Origin: an uncultured Chloroflexia bacterium | GTDB lineage: Bacteria > Chloroflexota > Ktedonobacteria > Ktedonobacterales > Ktedonobacteraceae | Direction: 5' to 3' | NCBI GenBank assembly: GCA_963802635.1 | Contig: CAWDJJ010000003.1 | Span: 636,553 to 700,552, forward strand | Length of the DNA: 64,000 nucleotides | The notes under the pieces: model-generated | Database searches by the model: none | Told to the model about the DNA's origin: nothing | Seen by the model: the letters and a program-made list of their open reading frames with translations, nothing else | Position numbers and translations under genes: made by a program | Part shown: positions 48,763 to 59,493 of the stretch, piece after piece | Numbering within the stretch: the first letter of the stretch is position 1 | How the letters are laid out: each line of letters begins with the position of its first letter

Positions 48763-49647
48763 TTATTTTTCCTCAATCGGCGCTGGCAATGTAAAATCAG
48801 GCGGAGTTTTCCCTTTCCGTCCGGCAGCTTCAGCTTTCAGACGCTCGACAGCTTCGTAGGGAACGTAGCGACCGCCCAATGGCGTTGGATGGATGCCTGG
48901 TCCGTGGTAGTCGCTACCACCGGTAGGAATGAGTTGATACTCGTCGGCAAGGTGGCGAATTTGCTGTTCTTCTTCAGTTGTGTAAGAACCATAGTATGTC
49001 TCTACGCCTACCAGACCAGCGACGCGTAATGCTGGCAGCCAGTTGCGTAGTTCGGTCAGCCCCGGTAATCCGATGGGATGAGCAATGACCGGCAAGCCAT
49101 TAGCACTGGCAATCAAGCGAATGGCATCTTCTGGCATGAGCTTATAGCGCGGCACGTAGGCCGGGCAGCCAGTACCGATATATTTCTCAAATGCTTCCCC
49201 GTTACTCTGCACATAGCCTGCTTCCAACAGCGCCTTAGCGATATGCGGACGACCGACTGCCCCCTGTGCTATCTCGCGAACACGCTCCCATGAGATGTGA
49301 ACACCCTGCTCGTTGAGCCGTTCTACCATGCGCTGTCCTCGTAACACCCGAGCATCTCGTAGCACTTGTAATATGTTTTGAAATGCCGGACGTTGATACT
49401 CAAGAAAGTAGCCCAGTACATGGATTTCGTCTTTGCCCACGTCGGTGTTCAACTCGACGCCTGGAATGAAATCGATACTTAGTTGTTGAGCTGCTGTTGC
49501 TGCTTCCTCAATACCCCCTGTGGTGTCGTGATCGGTCAATGCCAGTGCTTGTAAGCCTGCCTCGTGGGCAAGTTGCAACAATCTAGCTGGTGAGTAGATA
49601 CCATCAGAAGCGGTAGAATGTGTATGAAGATCAACAAAATTAGCCAT
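48763..49647 (-). CDS. PHP-domain phosphoesterase (TrpH/YciV-like)
   Basis: 'VDLHTHSTASDG...ALTDHDT' PHP motifs. Confidence 0.7.
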   Translation of the reverse strand: MANFVDLHTHSTASDGIYSPARLLQLAHEAGLQALALTDHDTTGGIEEAATAAQQLSIDFIPGVELNTDVGKDEIHVLGYFLEYQRPAFQNILQVLRDARVLRGQRMVERLNEQGVHISWERVREIAQGAVGRPHIAKALLEAGYVQSNGEAFEKYIGTGCPAYVPRYKLMPEDAIRLIASANGLPVIAHPIGLPGLTELRNWLPALRVAGLVGVETYYGSYTTEEEQQIRHLADEYQLIPTGGSDYHGPGIHPTPLGGRYVPYEAVERLKAEAAGRKGKTPPDFTLPAPIEEK

Positions 49648-49742
49648 GTTGTGCTCTGTTTCCCCTTGAGACGAACCAGATGAACGTAGTGATAACGGAA
49701 GTCATAACGTTCACCGGGTTTGTATACTATGCCATTCAGCGG

Positions 49743-51299
49743 CTAGCGAGCGTAATCAACGGCGCGCGTTTCGCGCACGACGCAAACCTTAATCTGCCCT
49801 GGATAATCAAGGCTCTCCTCAATCCTATGCGCAATATCGCTAGCCAGCCGCGAAGCCGTGTATTCATCGATCTCCTCTGGCTTGACGATAATGCGCACCT
49901 CGCGTCCAGCCTGGATGGCGAAGGATTTCTCTACACCGGTAAATGAGTTCGCGATACGTTCCAGTGCCTCTAAACGTTTAATATAGAGGTCTATCGTTTC
50001 GCGCCTGGCTCCGGGTCTGGCTGCCGAGATTGCATCTGCTGCCTGTACGACAGCTGATTTCAATGACTGAGGTTCAGTTTCGGACGCGTGATGAGCGACA
50101 ATAGCATGGATAACTCTTGGTGATTTGCCGAATCTGCGTGCCACTTCTCCACCGATGATCGCATGGGGTCCTTCGACCTCCTGGTCAATAGCTTTGCCCA
50201 TATCATGGAGCAGCGCGGCGGTCTTGCAGATGGTAACATCTGCGCCTAGCTCGTGTGCGATTGTGGCGGCCAGAATAGATACTTCGACGGAATGGGCCAG
50301 CACGTTCTGCCCATAGCTGGTACGAAAATGTAATCGCCCAAGGATCTTGAGCAATTCTGGTTGGAAGCCATGGACATTCGCTTCGAGCGCGGCATTTTCG
50401 CCCGCTTCGCGTACGATGATGTCAACCTCCTGACGTGCTTTGGCAACAACATCTTCAATACGTGCAGGATGAATACGTCCATCCAGGATTAACTTTGTCA
50501 ATGCAACACGAGCAACTTCGCGCCGTACTGGATCGAAGCCAGAGAGAATCACGGCTTCCGGCGTATCATCGATGATCAGATCAACGCCCGTTGCAGCCTC
50601 CAGTGCGCGGATATTGCGACCTTCGCGACCAATGATGCGTCCTTTCATCTCGTCGTTGGGTAGTGGCACAACTGAGACAACTGCTTCAGCAACTTGATCG
50701 GATGCACAGCGTTGAATCGCCAGGGTGATGATCTCGCGTGCACGCGCATCGGCCTCTTCTCGCACTTGCTCTTCGATCCTGCGCACGCGCTGTGCGGCCT
50801 CTTTGCGTACTTGACTTTCGATGTGCTCTAACAGCAGATCTTTCGCTTGCTCCTCAGTGAGTTGCGCGATGTGCTCAAGCTCAGCCAACTGCTGTTGCTT
50901 GATGGCTTCAATTTCATCATGAGCCTGCTCCAAGGCGCGCTCTTTGTTATTCAGCTTGTGCTCACGCTGTTCCAGGGTATCAATCTTTCTTTCGAGGTTT
51001 TCCTCCTTTTGTTGTATACGGCGTTCCTGACGTTGCAATTCCGCGCGGCGTTCGGCATTTTCGTGCTCGATACTCGTGCGAAAGCGAGCTGTTTCGTCGT
51101 AGGCATCACGTAATGCTTCGTTTTGTTGCTCCTGGGCAAGCATAAGACGTTGCTCACTGGCTTCCTTTTGCGCGCGCAGGTTCTCCTCAAATCGTACTTT
51201 ATTGCGCGTCGACCCTATGTAATATCCGGCAAAAAGAGCGATAATAGCTCCCAGGGGTATTGCGATAATGAGGGCTACGACGATGATGATATTTGACAC
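49743..51299 (-). CDS. rny: ribonuclease Y
   Basis: N-terminal TM, coiled coil, KH domain, HD domain '[10 protein letters not shown]...HHA'. Confidence 0.85.
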   Translation of the reverse strand: MSNIIIVVALIIAIPLGAIIALFAGYYIGSTRNKVRFEENLRAQKEASEQRLMLAQEQQNEALRDAYDETARFRTSIEHENAERRAELQRQERRIQQKEENLERKIDTLEQREHKLNNKERALEQAHDEIEAIKQQQLAELEHIAQLTEEQAKDLLLEHIESQVRKEAAQRVRRIEEQVREEADARAREIITLAIQRCASDQVAEAVVSVVPLPNDEMKGRIIGREGRNIRALEAATGVDLIIDDTPEAVILSGFDPVRREVARVALTKLILDGRIHPARIEDVVAKARQEVDIIVREAGENAALEANVHGFQPELLKILGRLHFRTSYGQNVLAHSVEVSILAATIAHELGADVTICKTAALLHDMGKAIDQEVEGPHAIIGGEVARRFGKSPRVIHAIVAHHASETEPQSLKSAVVQAADAISAARPGARRETIDLYIKRLEALERIANSFTGVEKSFAIQAGREVRIIVKPEEIDEYTASRLASDIAHRIEESLDYPGQIKVCVVRETRAVDYAR

Positions 51300-51580
51300 G
51301 TCGACTTACCTCCAATGTAAGGCGAACAGGCCTGATAAAGGCTCGAAAATGACAACAAATGACAACATATGGATTATATATGTTTGCACTCGCTGGGCAA
51401 TGTGCAAAAGTGTACTATGCGCCAAGCATACTATATAAGAGTGTTAACAATACGTCAAGAAGAAAAATGGGAAACGGCTCAAAATATAGAGCAGGAATGT
51501 TTATCTGATGAGGTTTTTGGACAGCTATTTTGCAGAGAGGTGCGCTCTATCCAGCAGCGAACTGATGTGTTGTTACTAGA

Positions 51581-52855
51581 CTAAAAGCTCCAGTGGTCTG
51601 TAAATAGCTGCAATACCAGAAATGTGAGTATGGGCAGCACAATCAGCAGATAGCTGTAGTGGAACCAGGAACGCCGTCCGATCTTTGCCAGTAGTATAAA
51701 AACGACAAAAACGGTCAAAATATTATATTGTATGGCAGGTAAGGGATCATACGCAGAGTAAATCCCTGCAGGTAGATTAGGCAGGAATAACGTGTAGACA
51801 AGGACGAGCAGTCCAAATAAGGGGAACGCCCATTGACTTTTGTCCAATTGCAGTGGACCGACGTAGCATAGCACAAGCGCCGTACAGAAAAGAGCAAGGA
51901 TCAATAGCTCTACAAGACTATGGGTCGCTGCGAAGGTGTATATCCCTCCACTCAGCATGTTATGGATAGCTGTGAACACAGCGCTCCAGGGAGTGCTCAG
52001 AAGTGCGCCTCCTTGCGGATGAAGAAAGGCCAATGCATCGTGAAATTTCTTTTCCAGCGTATACATATAGATGCCAAGACCCAACGGAATCAGCAGTGCA
52101 GCCAGCATGGGCATGAGTAAGCGCAGCGTTTGCGTGATCTGCTTAGCTTGCCATGTCAAGCGCAGTTCGGTTCTGTTCTGACCCAGGAATTCATACAGGA
52201 AGACGACAAATAATAGAAAACCTGATGCATGCGTCAGAGCCGCCAATCCCCCAAAAAGCCCCGCCAGCCACCATGAACCTTGTCGCAGTGTATAGAAGCA
52301 AAGCAGAATGAAGAGGAGGAACAGAGAGACATCATACGCAGTAAAGAAGAACAGCGAAGTGGGAAAAATCGCCAGATAGAGGATGCTGCGCCGCGCGGTT
52401 TCAGTATCAAATTCTTGCTCTGCCAGCCGAAAGAAAACAATCAATGTAGCGAGAAACGCTAGATTAGCGATGAGCATGCCAACCAGCAGCGCATCCTGGT
52501 GTGTAAGCGCACTGACTGTATGGACAACTGCTGGATATAACGGAAAGAAGCCAGTATCGCTCTGATCCAGGTAACTTTGTGTGGCGATAGTCAGATAATG
52601 AGTGGCGTCCCAATGGTACCAGCTATACAATACGCTCTTAAATGTTAAGGCAAACGATGAATAGTTGGGAACATTGAAAAGAACTCCCCCCAGATATGTC
52701 AGCATGAGCATGAGCAGGCGCGTGATAAGAAAGATAGGCAGGACTGCTAGTGTTGTTTTCCACCAGGGTTCAACAATTTTGTGCCAATCCTGTAATATTC
52801 CATGAAGGGGAGCGGTCTCTTCTGTCGACGTGAGCGATTGATTGCGTGCTTGCAT
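51581..52855 (-). CDS. integral-membrane mannosyltransferase-like protein (PIG-V/Gpi18-like, COG5542-type)
   Basis: 'WYHWDATHYLTIA...GFFPLYP' motif typical of GPI-mannosyltransferase-2-like GT-C enzymes; about 10 TM helices. Confidence 0.5.
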   Translation of the reverse strand: MQARNQSLTSTEETAPLHGILQDWHKIVEPWWKTTLAVLPIFLITRLLMLMLTYLGGVLFNVPNYSSFALTFKSVLYSWYHWDATHYLTIATQSYLDQSDTGFFPLYPAVVHTVSALTHQDALLVGMLIANLAFLATLIVFFRLAEQEFDTETARRSILYLAIFPTSLFFFTAYDVSLFLLFILLCFYTLRQGSWWLAGLFGGLAALTHASGFLLFVVFLYEFLGQNRTELRLTWQAKQITQTLRLLMPMLAALLIPLGLGIYMYTLEKKFHDALAFLHPQGGALLSTPWSAVFTAIHNMLSGGIYTFAATHSLVELLILALFCTALVLCYVGPLQLDKSQWAFPLFGLLVLVYTLFLPNLPAGIYSAYDPLPAIQYNILTVFVVFILLAKIGRRSWFHYSYLLIVLPILTFLVLQLFTDHWSF

Positions 52856-53011
52856 ACTAGCTACCTTGCCTCTCTCTCTTCTTTGTGAGGCAGAGTATAC
52901 ATGAATAAGCTGAAATGGTCAATTGACTATGCACCGAGATACGCTCATATATAAGTTTCGGTTTATCAGCACCAATTGTTTTGTTTACCAACGTTAACGT
53001 TGATAACGACA

Positions 53012-54424
53012 TTAGTAATCAGGCGGCTCATTATTGAAGCCCGCAGCGATATCTACCACCCTGTTTGCCTCCACCTGAATCTTTTTTACTGCTGATCTAG
53101 CATCATCATGTTCTGTTTCTAAGGCTTCTAACGCTTCCCTTGTAGAAGACAAAAGCCCTGTGCTCTTTACCATTTTGTTTAGATAATTCTGCTCCACAAA
53201 GTTCTTTGCACGTTCCTCTGCATTCTGTTGAACTTCGGAGTATTTCAAGGGACTTGAGGATCTGGCATTTTCCACTAAATCCTCCGCAAAAAATTCGGAA
53301 GTTATTATATCAAGTGCTTTGTTGTTTATATTATTAAATATTTCGTCTTCTCTCCTTTTTATTACTTTTTTTATTGCATATCTTACTATTTTAGCATGTT
53401 GTTCATTAATGCGTTCACCTCTTGGAACTCCATCTAATTCAGCATTCACTTGTCTTTGTGTTGCAACCTTTATATCATCATTCCTTCTTATCGCAGATTC
53501 AACCGCCTCATTCTGTTCTTCACGGTAATGCTCTAGCAATTCTGATCTCAATATAGGCGTTTCAGAACGACCTTCACGAGCTTCATATGCTCGTTGCTGT
53601 TCCATGAGGTCATTTAGAGAAAGACCAGATCGTGCTCCATCATCTGTCCCGAGATGCTCTGTTACACGAGATGGACCTGCACCGGCATCCTGAAAAGCTT
53701 CATATGCTCGTTGTTGTGCCTGGAGGTCCTCTGGAGAAAGTTCTAGTTGTCGTGCTATGTCATCAAGGCCTGTTCTAGCGTCCTGAAGAGCTTTATATGC
53801 TTGTCGTTGTTCCAGGAGGTCCTCTGAAGAAAGATCCAGTTGTTGCATTAGATCACTAAGGCCTTTCTCCGTGTTACCTAACCCGGAATACTCTGTTAAA
53901 CGAGATGAACTTGGAACGGGAGGATCTGTTAAGGAACGCGGCGGCAACTCACGTTTAGAATCATCGAGATTCCGACCTGGTTGGCGAGGACCCATTGGTC
54001 TCTTTGGATCTGCATCCAGTTGGTGCGGATTAAATTCACCTGATGGCCGATTACCAGACCCATCTGGAGGATGACCCTCCCGCATATCAGATCCATCACT
54101 TGAAGAACCTGCCAGAGAAGCTCTCATTTGTCGCATTTGACGTAGCCGCTGCTGGAGTGTCGATGGCCGATCACCGGAATCACCTGATATATCGGAGCCA
54201 CCACCTGAAGAATTTGTTAAGGAACGCGGCGGTCGCCCACGGCTAGACTCATTAGAGCGAGGTCCCATCCGTCGCCTTCCTAGATTTGCTTGCTCTCGGA
54301 GCACGTTAGCACCATCTGATGGCTGATTACCAGACCCATCTGGAAGACCGGATTCATTGCCTTCTAAAGGATGACCTCTACCTGGCATACCAATTTTCTC
54401 CGCTATTATAGCAGTATATAACAC
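53012..54424 (-). CDS. low-complexity hypothetical protein with nested internal repeats
   Basis: 470 aa; DNA repeats of about 80 bp (x3, 53570-53830) and about 140 bp (x2, 53925/54216); protein repeats 'SPEDLQAQQRAYEAFQDA'; AT-rich segment. Confidence 0.5.
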   Translation of the reverse strand: MLYTAIIAEKIGMPGRGHPLEGNESGLPDGSGNQPSDGANVLREQANLGRRRMGPRSNESSRGRPPRSLTNSSGGGSDISGDSGDRPSTLQQRLRQMRQMRASLAGSSSDGSDMREGHPPDGSGNRPSGEFNPHQLDADPKRPMGPRQPGRNLDDSKRELPPRSLTDPPVPSSSRLTEYSGLGNTEKGLSDLMQQLDLSSEDLLEQRQAYKALQDARTGLDDIARQLELSPEDLQAQQRAYEAFQDAGAGPSRVTEHLGTDDGARSGLSLNDLMEQQRAYEAREGRSETPILRSELLEHYREEQNEAVESAIRRNDDIKVATQRQVNAELDGVPRGERINEQHAKIVRYAIKKVIKRREDEIFNNINNKALDIITSEFFAEDLVENARSSSPLKYSEVQQNAEERAKNFVEQNYLNKMVKSTGLLSSTREALEALETEHDDARSAVKKIQVEANRVVDIAAGFNNEPPDY

Positions 54425-54933
54425 TAACTAGAGTGCAATAATTGATGCACATTATTGGCTACCTACTAATAGTAGCCTATGGCAGATACAACAAATAGTT
54501 CAGCGTGACAGCCCCTTCAGAGACGATATGGGCGTTCAATACCTTTGCCTATTGCGCGGAATTCTTATCCAAGGGTTTCTCTTTCATTCTTGTGTCCATG
54601 CTTATCCTGAGCACGCACTCTCTGAGAGAGTGTTTGGTTTCGGCTCAATCCTGACAAAAAGTGCGCGCTCTAAACACTAGCTGAGAGAAGCAGGAGGCGC
54701 GATGAACTTTAGCAAAATCATCGAGAGAGTCCGCGATGTCTCTGGTGACTGATGCAGAGTCGGTCGCCTCCCCACCTCCTGCTCCTCGACCTTACAGGAA
54801 TAAGTGTATTGGTTAACGTATGTATTGACAAGTACGCACAATTTTGTGGCATAGTATCAAAAATGATACCACATCAGGCCCGTTTTACCCCTTCCGCATA
54901 GTATCCCACCGAAGGAAATAAGGACAATTTTCT

Positions 54934-55527
54934 ATGTTCACCGTACGAGAAGAATTGGTCAAACGGTGCCATCATGGTCTCTTCCAGGAATCTTCTGGCT
55001 ATAGTATTATTAATACAGGAAATTTAGCTTGCTGTCACTTGAAATCTAAAGGAGGAATAGCCGTGAGTTTATCGAACGTTCCACTGCGTCCGACGCATGT
55101 CGTTACCAGTTTCCTGGAACGTACAGATGAAAAAACGCCTGCTATACTACTTGTTCGACGGAGTCAGCGTGTGGGAAGCTATCATGGGCACTGGGCAGGC
55201 ATAAGTGGCTTCGTGGAACAAAATGTGACACCGGATGAGCAGGCGTTTACAGAAATTCGTGAGGAGACTGGCTTGCAGCATGATCAGGTACGTATACTCA
55301 AGCAAGGAAAGGTCGTTGAGCACGTTGATGAAGGGTTGGGACGGCACTTCTACATCCATCCCTTTCTCTTCAAGGTGTTGACTCCCGAACAGATTCAGAC
55401 TGATTGGGAAGCAACTGAGATGCGCTGGGTTGATCCTGCTGCCTTGCACGATTATACGACGGTACCTAAATTGCAAGAGGCATATGCTTCGGCCATATCT
55501 GGCGAGCCGGTGGCTGATAGCCTTTGA
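54934..55527 (+). CDS. NUDIX hydrolase
   Basis: Nudix box 'GFVEQNVTPDEQAFTEIREETGL'. Confidence 0.65.
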   Translation: MFTVREELVKRCHHGLFQESSGYSIINTGNLACCHLKSKGGIAVSLSNVPLRPTHVVTSFLERTDEKTPAILLVRRSQRVGSYHGHWAGISGFVEQNVTPDEQAFTEIREETGLQHDQVRILKQGKVVEHVDEGLGRHFYIHPFLFKVLTPEQIQTDWEATEMRWVDPAALHDYTTVPKLQEAYASAISGEPVADSL

Positions 55528-55550
55528 AAAAATGGCCTGGCGATGTGAAA

Positions 55551-55629
55551 TACCCACAGACATTCAGAAACGCAACTCTCGTTGCTAGAAATATGCTGTG
55601 GCATATTTCTCATCTGAATGCAAGGCAAC
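55551..55629 (+). repeat. MITE-family copy (~80 bp)
   Basis: tacccacagacattcagaaacgcaactctcgttgctagaaatatgctgtggcatatttctcatctgaatgcaaggcaaca. Confidence 0.7.
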
Positions 55630-55721
55630 AAAACATCCAGACGCTAAGCCCTCGTGTGAGCAGGAAAAGAGTCGGGGGCAGCAACTCGTCATTCCATTGT
55701 GCCCCCGTAGTCGTGCTGCTT

Positions 55722-56498
55722 TTACTTGCCTTTAAACTGAGCTTTTCGCTTCTCAATAAAGGCCCGCATGCCTTCACGCATATCTTCTGTGGCAAAGAGC
55801 AAGAAGAAGTTTTTGCGCTCACTATCTAGTCCTTCGCTCAATGAGGTTTCGAACGCTGTCAGTACGGCTTCTTTCGCCAGGCGAACTGCGATGGGAGGCT
55901 GTGCAGCCACCGTCCTCGCCAGCTTGAGTGCTTCGGTGAGATGTTCACCTTTGGGCACAACGTGATTGACTAATCCCAGGCTTGCCAGTTCTTGCGCGCT
56001 CACTGGTATGCCAGTGAGCACCATCTCCATGGTCCGATATTTGCCTAAGGTGCGAGCCAGACGTTGTGTGCCACCTGCGCCAGGTATCACACCGATATTG
56101 ATCTCTGGTTGTCCGAAGCGCGCATTCTCGGAAGCAATTATCATATCGCAGTGCATCACCAGTTCGCATCCGCCGCCCAGTGCATAGCCATTGACGGCAG
56201 CAATCATTGGTGTACGAATACGTCGAATGCGCTCCCAGGACTCAAAGCCGCCCGTCAGCATATCGATGGGTGACTTATCCGCCATCTCTTTAATATCTGC
56301 ACCCGCAGCGAATGCCTTCTCGCCAGTTCCGGTGATGATGATACAGCCAACCGCCTCATTGCGGTCAAACTCCTCTAGTGCGTTAGCTAGTTCGCCGACG
56401 AGCTGAAAATTGAGCGCATTCAGCTCCTTTGGTCGGTTCAGCGTCACAATGCCCACACGCTCGTTCTGCTCGACAAGGATGTATTGGTAATCTTTCAT
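55722..56498 (-). CDS. enoyl-CoA hydratase/isomerase (crotonase)
   Basis: 'VGIVTLNRPKELNAL', 'FAAGADIKEM', 'AAVNGYALGGGCELVMHCD'. Confidence 0.8.
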   Translation of the reverse strand: MKDYQYILVEQNERVGIVTLNRPKELNALNFQLVGELANALEEFDRNEAVGCIIITGTGEKAFAAGADIKEMADKSPIDMLTGGFESWERIRRIRTPMIAAVNGYALGGGCELVMHCDMIIASENARFGQPEINIGVIPGAGGTQRLARTLGKYRTMEMVLTGIPVSAQELASLGLVNHVVPKGEHLTEALKLARTVAAQPPIAVRLAKEAVLTAFETSLSEGLDSERKNFFLLFATEDMREGMRAFIEKRKAQFKGK

Positions 56499-56535
56499 GC
56501 TGCTCCTTTACATGCATATATGCTCATTTATAACT

Positions 56536-56577
56536 CTTCAGGTCCAGCGCAAACCCGCAAGGGATCGTCTCTACGCG
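56536..56577. repeat. solo end of a second palindromic element family (ttcaggtc...aagggatcgtctctacgcg)
   Basis: matches the reverse complement of the 3' end of the 56696-56815 element. Confidence 0.5.
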
Positions 56578-56695
56578 ATTCACGTTTTAGCTAGCTCGAA
56601 GAGTTACGAAATCTTAACCACGAAGCTCCTGGAACATGTAGCAACTAAGACTTATGGTTCTTCTACACGAAACTCCTTACGCCAATTTTTGCTAA

Positions 56696-56815
56696 CTATT
56701 CAGGTCTGCTGGAGGTCGGCAGAGGCAAGCCCCGCCGCTACGCCATGGTGCGTCCCATCGGCCTGAACCCCGCGTAGCGACAATCCCTTGTGGTTGTCGT
56801 TTCCGACCTGAATAG
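56696..56815. repeat. 120-bp palindromic element with 11-bp perfect terminal inverted repeats (ctattcaggtc/gacctgaatag)
   Basis: nested internal inverted repeats (cgctacgc/gcgtagcg); abuts the M20 peptidase stop codon. Confidence 0.6.
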
Positions 56816-58177
56816 TTACAATTTTTGTAAGAAGCGTACGACTGTCCGAATGCCATTATAGAATTGGTCGAGTGAATATTTCTCATTTGGTGCGTGCAAA
56901 TTATCATCGGGCAGACCAAAACCCATCAGCACGACCGGTACCTGCAAGATCTCATGAAATAGTGCCGCGATGGGAATCGAACCACCTTCACGCAAGAAAA
57001 CTGGGGATTTTCCGTAGACTTCCTGCAAGGCTTCAGCGGCTGCTTGCATTGGCGGAGTATCGGGCGAGACCAGCACGCCCTCGCCGCCGTGTACGGACTG
57101 GACTTTCACGGTTACGTTTGCTGGTGCTGCCTCGTGTACAGCTTGCTCAAATAATCTAAACACCTCTGCTGATTGTAAATCTGGTGGGAGACGCAGGCTA
57201 ATCTTGGCTTTGGCTGAAGCTGGAATAACTGTTTTTGCGCCTTCACCGACGAAGCCGCCGCTGATGCCGTGAACTTCTAAGGTGGGACGTGCCGAGGCGC
57301 GTTCGAGTGCTGGATATTCCTGCTCCCCTGATAGCTGCGAGACGCCCATTTCATCACGTAGCGCTTTGCTCATATGCAGCGGATCTTCATGCCAGAATTG
57401 TTCCTCTGCGCGCGTTGGTTTGCGTAGTTTGTCGTAAAGTCCAGGAATATGTATATGTCCGTCAGCATCCTTTAGACGGCTGATAATAATCGCCAGGGCA
57501 TGCAGTGGATTGGGTGCAACCCCTCCATAGGTACCCGAGTGGAGGTCCTGCCTGGCACCCTGTACTTCAACCTCTGTATAGATGAGGCCGCGTAGGCCAT
57601 AGATCAGGGCTGGAATATCTTTCGCTGGCATATGGGTGTCACAGATAAAGGCGGCATCACAGCCCAGACGCTCTGGGTGGTCTTTGACGTATTGCTCAAT
57701 TGATACGCCACCTTCTTCCTCTTCTCCTTCGAGCAGCACTTTTACATTGATGGGCAAAGCTCCGTCGACGTTGACGAGCGTTTCAAGCGCTTTGAGGATC
57801 ACCATCACCTGTCCCTTATCGTCTGCTGCACCACGGCTGTAGAGGTTGCCATTGCGCTCTGTTGGCTCGAACGGGGGCGATTCCCATAGCTCAATCGGAT
57901 CGACTGGCTGGACGTCATAGTGCCCATAGACCAACAAAGTTGCTTTGCCGCTGGCCTTAAGCCATTCTGCATAGACCAGGGGATGCCTGGCAGTCTGGAT
58001 CAATGCGGCCTGCTCGAAGCCTATATGTTTGAGTTGCTCAACAGCATATGCCGCTGCCCTCTTTACATCTTCTGCATACTCTGGCTGCGTGCTGATACTG
58101 GGAATACGCAGCCAATCTTTAAGTTCGTCGAGGAAGCGTTGCTTATTTTCTGCAATGTATGTTTCTTGCCGGGTCAT
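56816..58177 (-). CDS. M20-family peptidase (dipeptidase/ArgE-DapE-like)
   Basis: 'LLVYGHYDVQPVD', 'GAADDKG' metal-binding motifs; start at MTRQETY. Confidence 0.8.
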   Translation of the reverse strand: MTRQETYIAENKQRFLDELKDWLRIPSISTQPEYAEDVKRAAAYAVEQLKHIGFEQAALIQTARHPLVYAEWLKASGKATLLVYGHYDVQPVDPIELWESPPFEPTERNGNLYSRGAADDKGQVMVILKALETLVNVDGALPINVKVLLEGEEEEGGVSIEQYVKDHPERLGCDAAFICDTHMPAKDIPALIYGLRGLIYTEVEVQGARQDLHSGTYGGVAPNPLHALAIIISRLKDADGHIHIPGLYDKLRKPTRAEEQFWHEDPLHMSKALRDEMGVSQLSGEQEYPALERASARPTLEVHGISGGFVGEGAKTVIPASAKAKISLRLPPDLQSAEVFRLFEQAVHEAAPANVTVKVQSVHGGEGVLVSPDTPPMQAAAEALQEVYGKSPVFLREGGSIPIAALFHEILQVPVVLMGFGLPDDNLHAPNEKYSLDQFYNGIRTVVRFLQKL

Positions 58178-58477
58178 ATGCGGTCCTTTCTTTACTGTGT
58201 CATTGTGAGTTATGGTAGCAGGAGAAACGAGGAATGTCCAGTGGGTATAGGTGTATATCAGAACCCTTTCTTTTCGTCCCTCATTTCCCCTGTTATAAAT
58301 GTGCACTGACCTCTATAATAATAATAACGCAAATGTATATTTGTTCTTTGCTAATTTTCAATAGATTTCAAAGAGCAACTATATAAATATTGGCTTGATA
58401 CTATCAGATATGGCCCATATGATTACAATTTCTTGCTATATTGGTAGTAGCACCAATTGCAAATCAAGGAGTAAAAT

Positions 58478-59374
58478 GTGCAAAAGAAAAGCCCTAAGCC
58501 CTTCGTTTTATTAAGTTTACTCGTGTCAGTCGTGCTCTCGATAACATTTACAGGGGTCGTAGCGGCCCATGGAGCCAGCACACCATTGCAATACGTAGCG
58601 CTGGGAGACTCATTGCCCTTTGGTTATCAACCAAATAATGACTTTACCCATGGCTACACAACTGATCTTTTCCAGGCTCTTCAAGCCCATAATAATTATA
58701 GTACTCTCGTTAACCTGAGTTGTACTGATGATACCACTACAACCTTTATCAATGGCGATCCACAGGCTCTCAATAGTAAGCGTGGCTGTTTGGTTCCGCA
58801 GGTGCAAAGTTCTAATCAACTCTCTGCCGCTGTAGCCTATATACAGCAACATGCGAGCGCAACAGGACTTGTGACATTACAGATTGGCGTTGACAATTTT
58901 TTGAACAATGGTGCGATTAACTCTGCCAACTGTGCGGTCGATACAGCTATATTTAATATAGAACTAGTTATAGTTGATCAGGATCTGACGAAAACGATCT
59001 TGCCACAATTAAAGCAAGCACTCAGTGCTGCTCCAGCTCATCAGGCCCAACTGGCTCTGATTGGGTATTACAACCCGCTCCAGCAGCTCTGTCCCAACAC
59101 TGAAGCTTATCTTAGGACATTCAATCGGCACTTAGAGCAAGATGCAAGAGGCTTCGCGTCCTTTGTCCCCATCGATAGACTCTTTACTAAGGCGAATCTG
59201 TGCCAGACAACCTGGATTTGCACCGCTGGTAATATTCACCCGACCGATCAGGGTTATACCTTGATTGCTGATCGCATCTATCGACTCCTTTTTCTTTATC
59301 ATCGTGACTCCAACCAATCCAATTGGTTTACCGCGGTGTCAGGCATTTTTTCTTCTTGCTTGTCAAAATTGTGA
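58478..59374 (+). CDS. secreted SGNH/GDSL-family hydrolase
   Basis: signal peptide; 'YVALGDSLPFGY' GDS(L) block I. Confidence 0.65.
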   Translation: MQKKSPKPFVLLSLLVSVVLSITFTGVVAAHGASTPLQYVALGDSLPFGYQPNNDFTHGYTTDLFQALQAHNNYSTLVNLSCTDDTTTTFINGDPQALNSKRGCLVPQVQSSNQLSAAVAYIQQHASATGLVTLQIGVDNFLNNGAINSANCAVDTAIFNIELVIVDQDLTKTILPQLKQALSAAPAHQAQLALIGYYNPLQQLCPNTEAYLRTFNRHLEQDARGFASFVPIDRLFTKANLCQTTWICTAGNIHPTDQGYTLIADRIYRLLFLYHRDSNQSNWFTAVSGIFSSCLSKL

Positions 59375-59460
59375 AGTTAGAATGCATTTTGAGCACTAAT
59401 CACAGCTCCTTATCGGAAATGCCGGAGACCCTGTACCAGGAATAACTGGTACACAAATGC

Positions 59461-59493
59461 TAGCCGCCATGTTAACGTGGCGGCTATTTTTTT
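59461..59493 (+). terminator. rho-independent terminator tagccgcca-N8-tggcggcta + TTTTTTT
   Basis: 9-bp stem followed by a 7-T run. Confidence 0.7.
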
